Shown here: in pieces, positions 15,315-23,451 of the stretch
How the letters are laid out: the number at the start of each line of letters is the position of its first letter
How positions within the stretch are numbered: position 1 is the first letter of the stretch
Source of the DNA: a virus
Taxonomy: Duplodnaviria; Caudoviricetes
Virus record (IMG/VR): IMGVR_UViG_3300020440_000021
Coordinates: 1-49,308 of that record
Reading direction: 5' to 3' (one strand)
DNA length: 49,308 bases
Made by a program: the position numbers and the translations under genes
The notes under the pieces: model-generated
What the model was told of the DNA's origin: nothing
Seen by the model: only the letters and a program-made list of their open reading frames with translations
The model's database searches: none

Positions 15315-15365
15315 TGGGGAAGGCACCAACATCAAACTCCTTATCATCGATAGGTGTCTTCCCCA
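15315..15365 (+). ncRNA. 13-bp GC-rich hairpin with 25-nt anti-Shine-Dalgarno loop (candidate antisense regulator)
   Basis: TGGGGAAGGCACC pairs with GGTGTCTTCCCCA. The loop contains AACTCCTTATCAT, the reverse complement of the leaders at 12790-12801 and 12085-12094. Confidence 0.6.
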
Positions 15366-15381
15366 ACCCAATGGAGAAAAA

Positions 15382-16521
15382 ATGGCAAAAGTAAAAAGAC
15401 GAGGACCTACAATTGAAGAAAAATATATAGGTGTTAAACCAGAGTATCATGGTGTTGAATTACCTGATGATGTGTATGAAAGAGAAAAAGAATGGAGAAA
15501 AGGTTCTCAATGGTTCTATTACTATCAAAATAATAAAAAAATGGAACAAACCATTATCGATTATTTAATAGGAGAACTGAATTGGAATAAAACACAAATA
15601 TCTAATCTGAAAAAAGTTCCAGCATGGAAATGGCGTTCAAGAAATTATCAAGGAATATGCATGCTCAATGCTGGTTGGACAGGCGAACCTCTTACTAGTA
15701 TTCTTTCAAAGATAAACGAAAGACTTGTTGAGTTTGAAGTTGAAGGTCAAGCAATTAAACAAGCTGAGCCTAAAGTTGAAAGAAAACCGGTTATTCCACC
15801 AGCAGAACTTACTCGTAGAAAAGTTTTAGAAACTATGTGGGGTGATTGGGATGAGATTATAATTGAAGGTCACTTTGATGAAGATTACACTCAAAAGTTT
15901 AATACTTACAGTAGATTTAAAGGTCATGGTTTAAAAGGTAATGCTATTAAATATTTTGAAGATTTATTAAAACGAGAATATGAAGTAATTAGTGATGCAT
16001 ATAATAAAACATGCGAACAAGCTGTTGAAGCATACTCTCATATTTCAAAAGGTAATAAACGTAAAATAATGAAGCAGTATGAAGATGCATTTGCTGACAT
16101 TGAAAGATTAAGAGATTCGTTTAAAGCTCAAAGAAAGCCAAGAGCGATTAAACCTAAAGCATCTGATAAACAAATTGAAAAACTTCAATATTGTAAAGAA
16201 GATGAAGATGCTAAACTAACATCAATCAATCCTATATTAATACCTAGGAAACATAAACTCTTTGTATATAATCGTAAGAATAAAAAGCTTATTGAATATA
16301 CATGCTCATCAGTAGATGGATTTATTGTTTCTGGTACCTCAATAAAGAATTTTGATGATACAAGTAGGCAGGCTACTTTAAGAAAACCTGATGTTGTTTT
16401 ACCTGATATTCTCAATCGAACTGAAAAACAGATCGATAAGATATGGGAAACATTGACAACAAAAATAGATAAACCCACAGGAAGAATTAATTCTGACTGT
16501 ATTTTAATGAGGACATTTTGA
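15382..16521 (+). CDS. conserved T4-like phage hypothetical protein
   Basis: 379-aa ORF with GGAG RBS; C-terminal SINP..I, LFVYN.K, VSGTSI.NFD, TLRKP, PTGRINSDCIL motifs. Confidence 0.8.
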   Translation: MAKVKRRGPTIEEKYIGVKPEYHGVELPDDVYEREKEWRKGSQWFYYYQNNKKMEQTIIDYLIGELNWNKTQISNLKKVPAWKWRSRNYQGICMLNAGWTGEPLTSILSKINERLVEFEVEGQAIKQAEPKVERKPVIPPAELTRRKVLETMWGDWDEIIIEGHFDEDYTQKFNTYSRFKGHGLKGNAIKYFEDLLKREYEVISDAYNKTCEQAVEAYSHISKGNKRKIMKQYEDAFADIERLRDSFKAQRKPRAIKPKASDKQIEKLQYCKEDEDAKLTSINPILIPRKHKLFVYNRKNKKLIEYTCSSVDGFIVSGTSIKNFDDTSRQATLRKPDVVLPDILNRTEKQIDKIWETLTTKIDKPTGRINSDCILMRTF

Positions 16522-17009
16522 TGAATAATTTGAGAAATATATTTTTCAAAAACTTACCAGATAAATCAATTACAGCATTTGACATTTTTGCAGAAAAAAG
16601 AGTGGTTGTATTTGGATTGCCTGGTGCATTTACCCCAACCTGTTCTTCACAACAAGTCCCTGGATTTGATAAACTCTATAAGAAAATCTGTAAAGAAAAT
16701 GTAGATGAAATTTATTGTATATCAGTGAATGATGGATTTGTGATGAAGGCTTGGTTTGAAAACCTTAAAGTAAAAAATGTTAAATATTTATCTGATGGAA
16801 GTGGAGACTTTACATCATTAATGGGTATGTTAGTTGCTAAAGATAATTTAGGCTTTGGAAAACGTTCATGGAGATATGCGGCTGTTATAAATGATGGCGA
16901 TGTCGAAAAAATGTTTGTAGAAAAAGGTCTTAAAGATAATTGCGAAACAGATCCATATGAAGAGTCAACTCCTGAGATGGTATTAGAATATTTAAAAAAT
17001 AATGACTGA
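16518..17009 (+). CDS. peroxiredoxin (Prx5/PRX5-like redoxin)
   Basis: VVVFGLPGAFTPTCS, CISVNDGFVMKAW, DGSGDFT, GFGKRSWRYA. Confidence 0.93.
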   Translation: MMNNLRNIFFKNLPDKSITAFDIFAEKRVVVFGLPGAFTPTCSSQQVPGFDKLYKKICKENVDEIYCISVNDGFVMKAWFENLKVKNVKYLSDGSGDFTSLMGMLVAKDNLGFGKRSWRYAAVINDGDVEKMFVEKGLKDNCETDPYEESTPEMVLEYLKNND

Positions 17010-17244
17010 TCCATTAGAGCAAAAGATTATGACAAGAAAAAGGTTCTCAGCAGCTGTTGAGAATCTAGTTGCTAATAATAATATGTCATATATCGATGCT
17101 GCTTCTTATGTTGTAGAAAAGAGAGGGCTTGATTATAGAAATATGAAAAAGCTTTTAAGTGATTCTCTTAAACAAAAAATAGAAGAAGAGGCATCAACAT
17201 TACATTTAATAAGAACTAAGAAAGGAAATAAGTTACCAGTATAA
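17002..17244 (+). CDS. gp33: late promoter transcription coactivator gp33
   Basis: F...VE.LV....MSYIDA...........LL..SLK.KI..EA..L pattern; canonical 33-59-32 synteny. Confidence 0.88.
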   Translation: MTDPLEQKIMTRKRFSAAVENLVANNNMSYIDAASYVVEKRGLDYRNMKKLLSDSLKQKIEEEASTLHLIRTKKGNKLPV

Positions 17245-17549
17245 TGGTTAAGTTCAAATATAAACCTTTACCTTCTTGCGTCACTATACGTGAAAGTGGT
17301 ATAGAAGGTTTAGGATTATTTGCAACTGAAATTATACATAAAAACGAAAACTTAGGATTAACGCACGTTGCAGTTAACGATAAAACATTAGTACGAACTC
17401 CACTTGGTGGATTTATAAATCATTCAGATTTTCCTAATTGTACATTGGTATCAAGTTGTAATGATGCAGTAAAAGAATTATTTACATTACGTAAGATTAA
17501 CAAAGACGAAGAATTGGTATTATACTATACATTAGAACAAGATGAGTGA
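17244..17549 (+). CDS. minimal SET-domain protein (putative lysine methyltransferase)
   Basis: S.IEGLGLFATE.I, GGFINHSDFPNC, LRKINKDEELVLYY are SET motifs I, III and IV. Confidence 0.88.
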   Translation: MVKFKYKPLPSCVTIRESGIEGLGLFATEIIHKNENLGLTHVAVNDKTLVRTPLGGFINHSDFPNCTLVSSCNDAVKELFTLRKINKDEELVLYYTLEQDE

Positions 17550-18132
17550 TCCATTTGAAACTTATAAATTATATAATGCTTTAAAATTGCATTTTGAAAC
17601 AGATTATGATGCGCTAAAATATAATTTTAAAACATCAGTAAAACCAACTTCTTTCTTTAAACGTAAAGATAAGTACTTCTTTGCTAAAATTGCTAAGACT
17701 TATGAAAAAGAACTTATTCCATTCTTTGTAGCAAATTTTAAGAATGATGCAAAGTATATCGGTGATATGCTTAATGAAGGTGGGGAACAACATTATCGAA
17801 AGCATAAAAAGATTAATGAAGCTATAACTTATCATTTTCAAAATGATATAAATAAACTTGTTGAACAAGATGATAGTATCGATAAGCTTTTAGTTGCCGA
17901 AGATAATAATCATCCTTTGATTATAAAATTATGGATGCAAGAAGAAATACTCTTAGAGACTATTGTAATCTTGGATTCATTAACCGGGTTTGTAGATAAA
18001 GAAAACGAAAAGATATCTGAAACAATTATTTGGCCAGACATCTATCGTAAGATTAAAAAATACAGCCCATTCGTTAAATTTGATAGAACTAAATGTTTAG
18101 ATTTATTGAAAAAAACGTTTACAAATCCATAG
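17542..18132 (+). CDS. gp59: helicase loader gp59
   Basis: YKLYNALKLHF..DYD..KY, F.KRKDKYFFAK, FFVANF, I.LET.VILD; position before gp32. Confidence 0.9.
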   Translation: MSDPFETYKLYNALKLHFETDYDALKYNFKTSVKPTSFFKRKDKYFFAKIAKTYEKELIPFFVANFKNDAKYIGDMLNEGGEQHYRKHKKINEAITYHFQNDINKLVEQDDSIDKLLVAEDNNHPLIIKLWMQEEILLETIVILDSLTGFVDKENEKISETIIWPDIYRKIKKYSPFVKFDRTKCLDLLKKTFTNP

Positions 18133-18146
18133 AAATATGGTATAAT
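18118..18146 (+). promoter_or_regulatory. sigma70-type promoter for gp32
   Basis: TTTACA 18118-18123, N17, TATAAT 18141-18146 with TGG extension. Confidence 0.82.
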
Positions 18147-18201
18147 ATATGTATTACATTATGAATAAAGTGGATAATTCAGCAAATATACGGAGAAAAA
18201 T

Positions 18202-19092
18202 ATGTCGCTAGAAAACTTAAAGAGCATGCGAGGCTCATCAATTGATAAACTCGTAAAGGCAGCGGAAGCTGTATCCACAGCAAAACCTGAAACAACTTCT
18301 TATGAAGATGACAGATTTTGGAAACCAACCAGAGATAAAGCAGGAAATGGCTATGCCGTTATCAGATTCTTGCCACAAAAAGAAGGTGAAGATCTTCCTT
18401 GGGTAAGATACTGGGATCACGGCTTTAAAGGTCCTACTGGTCTATGGTATATAGAAAACTCTTTAACCTCAATTGGTCAACCCGATCCAGTTTCGGAACA
18501 TAATTCGATTCTTTGGAACTCTGGTAGAGACGAGGATAAAGCTATCGCTAGGGAGCAAAAAAGACGTTTACATTATGTGAGTAATGTATTAGTTATTTCT
18601 GATCCTGATAATCCACAAAATGAAGGAAAAGTTTTCCTTTATAAATTTGGTAAGAAAATCTTTGACAAGATTATGGATGTTATGCAACCACAATTTGCCG
18701 ATGAAACTCCAGTAAATCCTTATGATTTCTGGGAAGGCGCTGATTTTAAATTAAAAATCAGAAAAGTTGAAGGTTGGGTTAACTATGATAAATCAGAGTT
18801 TTCTTCACCAGCATCTCTTTTTGATGGAGACGAATCTAGATTAACTGAAGTTTATGAAAAACTTTATTCACTTCAGGACTTTTTAGATCCAGCTAATTAT
18901 AAAACTTATGATGAGCTTAAAGTCAAACTCAATAGAGTATTAGGAGTTGATGCAGGTGTATCAATGGATGCTCCAGCTCCAGCACAAGTTGCTGAAGCTC
19001 CTGTCATGCAAACAGCAGAGCCAGTTGAAGAACAATCTTCAGATGAAGATGATACTCTCAGCTACTTTGCTAAATTAGCAAAAGAATCTTAA
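18202..19092 (+). CDS. gp32: single-stranded DNA-binding protein gp32
   Basis: DDRFWKPTRDKAGNGYAVIRFLP, WYIENSLT, NEGKVFLYKFGKKIFDKI, NYDKSEF, acidic tail DDTLSYFAKLA. Confidence 0.97.
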   Translation: MSLENLKSMRGSSIDKLVKAAEAVSTAKPETTSYEDDRFWKPTRDKAGNGYAVIRFLPQKEGEDLPWVRYWDHGFKGPTGLWYIENSLTSIGQPDPVSEHNSILWNSGRDEDKAIAREQKRRLHYVSNVLVISDPDNPQNEGKVFLYKFGKKIFDKIMDVMQPQFADETPVNPYDFWEGADFKLKIRKVEGWVNYDKSEFSSPASLFDGDESRLTEVYEKLYSLQDFLDPANYKTYDELKVKLNRVLGVDAGVSMDAPAPAQVAEAPVMQTAEPVEEQSSDEDDTLSYFAKLAKES

Positions 19093-19098
19093 TGATTG

Positions 19099-19179
19099 TA
19101 ACCAGTAGGAACGTATGGTTAAAACAGAGTCGATTGGCGTCCTTCCGCGGGACTTGGGGTAAGCCTACATAAACCCAGT
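19099..19179 (+). ncRNA. candidate structured RNA (three hairpins with possible kissing loop)
   Basis: GC-rich intergenic stretch after the gp32 stop; see findings. Strand uncertain. Confidence 0.4.
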
Positions 19180-19193
19180 AACGTAAATTGCTA

Positions 19194-19221
19194 GAAGAGG
19201 GTCTCTGCAGAGACCCTTTTT
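19194..19221. terminator. bidirectional intrinsic terminator between convergent gp32 and tape-measure-like gene
   Basis: Perfect palindrome AGGGTCTCTGCAGAGACCCT (19198-19217) followed by a T-run and preceded by AGAAG. Confidence 0.85.
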
Positions 19222-19222
19222 C

Positions 19223-20911
19223 TTATCTCGCTGGAACAAATCCTGCTAATAGATTTGATACATCTGACGAATGTCTTTCGATAATATTTGTATTTACAAC
19301 ATTTGCTGTTGAAGGTGAATTTTGCTGTACAACATTAGTGCTTGATTTACTTCCTAAATTTTGTAATTGACTGAGATCAAAATTTTCCATATTAGCTGCT
19401 TGAAGTTCATCACCTGTTGTAGGAAGTGGAGGAACAATTTGAGGTTCTACTTGTTCTTTTATTTCTTGATTTTTCTTATCTAATTCAGCCTGTGCAGCTT
19501 TTTCTTCTAATTCTACTCTTTTTCTTGCAGCATTATCAGTTGACATTTCAGGTATTTCAGGAAGCTCAATTTCAAACCCTAAGAATGAACCAAACTTTTC
19601 GACAATGCCAAGTATAAAATTAACCATACCTCCAATAGAATTTACTAAATGTCCAAATGCATCTTTAAGGTGAGCTAAGCCTAACATAATTACATCAAAT
19701 ATAGATGTAAATCCCATTGCATCTCTTATTTTAGCAAGAGCTACTCCCACTAAAGCAAAAGCTGCTGCAATACCTATAACGATTAATCCTACTGGATTCA
19801 TTAACATTGCCATAAATGAAGACATCATACCAGATAACATAGTAATCATACCTGGTACCCAAGTCAGTGTTACAAAAGATCTCACAGCTTGCGCAACTTT
19901 TACAAGCGCGCTTAAACCTTTAAGCAATGGACCACCGAGTACGAGTATTAAACTACCAAGCAATCCAGCAAATACTCCAAAATTATTTTTAATTGTTTCT
20001 AAAAGATTATCTACTGAACCTTCTTCGCCTCTAAAGACTGATACAATATCTTGTAAAATTTTTGTAATACTTTGTATTGTTTTTGTCATAATCGAAATAA
20101 ATTTTTCAGGATCAAAAAATAACAATGCTAAACCAGCTATTCCAGCTAAAAATCCTGCTCCACCTGCTATATTTCCTGCAAAATTTTCAAAACTATTTGC
20201 CATATTTTCAGTGCCTTTTGCAATTTTCTCTAATGAATCATTTGCTTCTTCTTGAGCCTTTTCAGCTTCTCTACGTTTTTCTTCTGATTCGGCTCCTTCT
20301 TTTACAGCTTGAAGTTGAGCAAGTGCAAGTTGTTGACCTTCTACATTTCCAGATTCAATAGCTTCTTGTAGATTTTTTTGTCCTTCTTCAAAGGCTTCTT
20401 TTAATATCTTAGAGTTTTCAGTTTGAGTTCTACCAAAAAATCCTTGTAGTTTTTCTATACCTTTTTGAGCATCTGTAACAGTTTCCATGCTATCAGTTTG
20501 AGCTTTTAATGATTCATTGAGTTGAGATAAACTATTAACTGTATCATCTCTTGCAATTTGACTTTCTAAAATTCTTTTTTGATCTTCTGCTCTTTCAGCT
20601 GCTCTTTCTAAATTTTGATTTATTGCATCAAGTTCTTCCATACGTTTATTCAACGTATTGATATTCATAGGACCACGTTCTAATGCTTCACGTACTCCAG
20701 TAAGTTGTTCACGAATGGCAGCAGCTCGAGCTTCATCTCCAGCCTGTTCAGCTTCAAAAAGTTTAGTTTCGACTAATTCAGCTTTTACTTGAGCTTTTAA
20801 AAACTGATCTTTACCGATACCAGTATCAGTAGATTCATTGATATCATCTCTTAATTTTTTGATGGTATCTGTTAAACCTTTTGTACCTAACTTATTGTTA
20901 TCTTCTGCCAT
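19223..20911 (-). CDS. putative tail tape-measure/baseplate hub length determinant (gp29-like)
   Basis: 562 aa; long helical coiled-coil N-half plus a G/A-rich hydrophobic region; lies downstream of gp26/gp51 and the tube gene. Confidence 0.65.
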   Translation of the reverse strand: MAEDNNKLGTKGLTDTIKKLRDDINESTDTGIGKDQFLKAQVKAELVETKLFEAEQAGDEARAAAIREQLTGVREALERGPMNINTLNKRMEELDAINQNLERAAERAEDQKRILESQIARDDTVNSLSQLNESLKAQTDSMETVTDAQKGIEKLQGFFGRTQTENSKILKEAFEEGQKNLQEAIESGNVEGQQLALAQLQAVKEGAESEEKRREAEKAQEEANDSLEKIAKGTENMANSFENFAGNIAGGAGFLAGIAGLALLFFDPEKFISIMTKTIQSITKILQDIVSVFRGEEGSVDNLLETIKNNFGVFAGLLGSLILVLGGPLLKGLSALVKVAQAVRSFVTLTWVPGMITMLSGMMSSFMAMLMNPVGLIVIGIAAAFALVGVALAKIRDAMGFTSIFDVIMLGLAHLKDAFGHLVNSIGGMVNFILGIVEKFGSFLGFEIELPEIPEMSTDNAARKRVELEEKAAQAELDKKNQEIKEQVEPQIVPPLPTTGDELQAANMENFDLSQLQNLGSKSSTNVVQQNSPSTANVVNTNIIERHSSDVSNLLAGFVPAR

Positions 20912-20924
20912 TTGTGTTTACCTA

Positions 20925-21299
20925 TTATTTTCCGAATGCTCTTCCAGCTTCTGATATACCAAATGCACCAAGTGTTACAACAACAAATGATGTATAAATT
21001 GTATCAGATATAACTAAATCTTGTCCCATAAATGCTGTGATTAAATCACAAATACCAAAAATTGTCATTAATCCGAATGATATAAAACCAATGATTGCTT
21101 TTTCGTTTACATCATTATCATCTAGGAATATATCCATAAATTTTCTTTTAGGTGGTGCAAGTCTTTTCTTTGCATCTGCTGCTTCAGCTTTCATTTCGGT
21201 AATAGTATCTTCAGCTTTATCTAATTTTTCAATTAGAGCCATATACTTATCTAAGTCAATTTCGACTTCGTTACGACTGTTATCTTGTCCTTCACTCAT
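20925..21299 (-). CDS. small membrane protein (coiled coil + 2 TM)
   Basis: AIIGFISFGLMTIFGI and IYTSFVVVTLGAFGI hydrophobic segments; AGGAG RBS; ATGA overlap with gp51. Confidence 0.75.
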   Translation of the reverse strand: MSEGQDNSRNEVEIDLDKYMALIEKLDKAEDTITEMKAEAADAKKRLAPPKRKFMDIFLDDNDVNEKAIIGFISFGLMTIFGICDLITAFMGQDLVISDTIYTSFVVVTLGAFGISEAGRAFGK

Positions 21300-21493
21300 C
21301 GTTTCATTCTCCTCTGCATTTCTGCCATTTTTTCGTTCTCTTTTTTAATGTGATCCGCAAGTAAGGCTACATATATCTCCCTCTCCCACGGCAACATATT
21401 ATCTAATTCTGTTAAACTATAATTATGTTGTTGCATCATCGCGAAGTTAGTCTTGTAATGGTTTACGAGACTATCGTGCGAGAGGCCTATGTA
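21296..21493 (-). CDS. gp51: gp51-like baseplate hub assembly catalyst (first ATG at 21439; probably also reached by -1 frameshift from gp26)
   Basis: Frame reads YIGLSHDSLVNHYKTNFAMMQQHNYSLTELDNMLPWEREIYVALL...; YSLTELxNMxPWEREIY is the gp51-like motif. Not in the ORF track. Confidence 0.8.
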   Translation of the reverse strand, partial: YIGLSHDSLVNHYKTNFAMMQQHNYSLTELDNMLPWEREIYVALLADHIKKENEKMAEMQRRMKR

Positions 21494-22194
21494 AAAAAAC
21501 TTTGAAGTCCTCTCAATTCTAATTCTTGCGGTTTACCTTCACAATCCCATTTTACTGTATGAGATATTGTAGGCATATCAGCAAACCAATCAGATATCAT
21601 TTTAAATTGAGTTGAACTTAAGCTTTCTAAAAAGCCTACTACATCTTCTCTTTTTTCAGTTTTAGCATCGTATACATTATCTTCATCATATATGGTATCA
21701 ATACAATCAACAATCATTTCAACAGCTCCTTCAAAAGTTTTTAACTTATCTTCAGAGTATTTACTAATATCATCAACTGATGGATACTTTACTGTAACGC
21801 CAACATTATCATTTAATTTAATGATTTTTTCTTTTTCAACTGATTCATCAACTTTAATTTCATCTAAATCAATTTCTACATCAGTAAGAGTTTTACACTC
21901 TTCGTCATTGCATTTTAGTTTTACAATTACTTTTTCACCGACTGATTTTGATCTCAGTTTTAAGAACAACCATTCTAAATCAAATGCTGTAAGTTTGCTT
22001 ACATTAATATTATCATATACACATGCTTTTACAACATCTTTCATAGCACTTACGATTTGTTTTTGGTCTTTCGACTCTAAAGCAATCATAAGAATTTTTT
22101 CTTCTTTAACCAAATACGGTCTATATTCTATATTTTCGCCCGTAGATGGTAGCTGAGTGCTATACTTCGAGCTTTCAAGTTTTGGCAAAGCCAT
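21487..22194 (-). CDS. gp26: gp26-like baseplate hub protein / tail assembly chaperone
   Basis: MALPKL, LPSTG..I.YRPYLVKEEKILMIALES, FDLEWLFLKLRSKSVGE, LRGLQSFF. Confidence 0.88.
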   Translation of the reverse strand: MALPKLESSKYSTQLPSTGENIEYRPYLVKEEKILMIALESKDQKQIVSAMKDVVKACVYDNINVSKLTAFDLEWLFLKLRSKSVGEKVIVKLKCNDEECKTLTDVEIDLDEIKVDESVEKEKIIKLNDNVGVTVKYPSVDDISKYSEDKLKTFEGAVEMIVDCIDTIYDEDNVYDAKTEKREDVVGFLESLSSTQFKMISDWFADMPTISHTVKWDCEGKPQELELRGLQSFFT

Positions 22195-22206
22195 ATTATT
22201 TCTCCA

Positions 22207-22842
22207 TTATCCTAATATATCCAGAGCTGATCTAATAGCAGAACCAGTGCTACTAATTGGACCTTCTGGTTTAAATTTATCATAAGCAAATGTAGCACTC
22301 ATTTTAACTACATCCTGCCCTTCTTGGCTTAATTCAATTGAATCAATATTAATTGGAAAAGCCTTTTGTAATCTCACACCATAAACAGGAATATTTTTCT
22401 CGTTTAGTTGTTGAATTACGACATCAACAGAGTAGTCTTTTTTATAACCTACTCTATATGAATCTGCATCAAAAATGCCTGACATCCAATTGTCAAACAT
22501 TTGTCTCATATAATAATCATTTGTTAATAAAAATGTAAATGTTACATCTTCATCAATAAATGTATATGGAAATTTGTTACTTTGTCGTACATCTTGATGG
22601 TCAAAAGTACTTATATTACGACCTGGTATAGTTACAGATTGACAAAGTATTGATATGTCTCTTGGGTCATTAATTAAATTACCAGCATTAAAATTTCCGG
22701 AAAGAAGTGACCCTATAATCGATTGAGGATTTAAATTAAGTAAAGAAGCACTTGGCGGAGTAAAGATAACATTAAATCGATTTGCTTTTGCTAAACCGCC
22801 TTTTTTAGATATTGTTGCTTTTAAATTGTCTATGCTGCTCAT
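22207..22842 (-). CDS. tail tube-fold protein (gp19/gp54-like, tube initiator)
   Basis: GGLAKANRF.V, LCQSVTIPGR, DVTFTFLL..D..MR..FD.W, L..AFP..I; start at ATG22842 behind AAGGA. Confidence 0.8.
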   Translation of the reverse strand: MSSIDNLKATISKKGGLAKANRFNVIFTPPSASLLNLNPQSIIGSLLSGNFNAGNLINDPRDISILCQSVTIPGRNISTFDHQDVRQSNKFPYTFIDEDVTFTFLLTNDYYMRQMFDNWMSGIFDADSYRVGYKKDYSVDVVIQQLNEKNIPVYGVRLQKAFPINIDSIELSQEGQDVVKMSATFAYDKFKPEGPISSTGSAIRSALDILG

Positions 22843-23432
22843 CGTCCTGAATATTCCTTCCTTGAGTATCTCCAAACTGAAGTTTTTTGTACTTTAACAA
22901 ATTGTTCTACTGGTAAAAATATAGCAATTTGCCAGTCAGTCATAGGTACTCTTGCTATTCTTGATTTAACGTGATTCATTAAATAATGTTTATAACAAGG
23001 CTTAAATTCTTTATACTTTCTTGTACCTTGTAATAGATTATACCTTAATCTTGCAAGCCTTGTAGTATCAGTAACTTTTTTTGGTGCTAATGACATCAGT
23101 TCGTCAAGAAATCTTGCTCTGACTCCTGGTGCTAAGTAATGTAAATTAAGTCCATGGAATCCACCTTTAACAGCATCAACTAAAATAGTCAAAGGAAATC
23201 TGTCATAATAAGGTAATTCGTTTTTATATTTTGGATCGTAAAAATACATCACCATATCGCCAACCTTTGGATTTGTAACTGTTTTAAGAGCAGAGTCTTT
23301 AATAACTGTTCTACGATTGACGTCTCCAAGTTCTTTTACTTTATTTCGAAACCAATTCATAGACTCTTTTGACTGAGGTGAAACTCCAGCTCTTACAGAT
23401 CCTGCTTGTAATTGGTCGAATAAACTTGCCAT
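22839..23432 (-). CDS. gp2: DNA end protector protein gp2
   Basis: G.M.MYFYDPKYK.ELPYYDRFPL, GF.GLNLHYL, FKPCYKHYL..HV.S, W.IAIFLP.EQF. Confidence 0.93.
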   Translation of the reverse strand: MASLFDQLQAGSVRAGVSPQSKESMNWFRNKVKELGDVNRRTVIKDSALKTVTNPKVGDMVMYFYDPKYKNELPYYDRFPLTILVDAVKGGFHGLNLHYLAPGVRARFLDELMSLAPKKVTDTTRLARLRYNLLQGTRKYKEFKPCYKHYLMNHVKSRIARVPMTDWQIAIFLPVEQFVKVQKTSVWRYSRKEYSGR

Positions 23433-23437
23433 AATAC

Positions 23438-23445
23438 TATTTATA
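23438..23445 (-). promoter_or_regulatory. T4-type late promoter (minus strand) for gp2
   Basis: TATTTATA on + equals TATAAATA on -, a few nt upstream of the gp2 ATG. Confidence 0.75.
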
Positions 23446-23451
23446 TAAAAC

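Noticed and set aside
9210-17854. Intragenic TATAAATA copies (9210, 11211, 17847)
   Set aside because: Expected by chance in AT-rich DNA and not at gene boundaries; 9210 could serve the second curlin-like gene but is unsupported.
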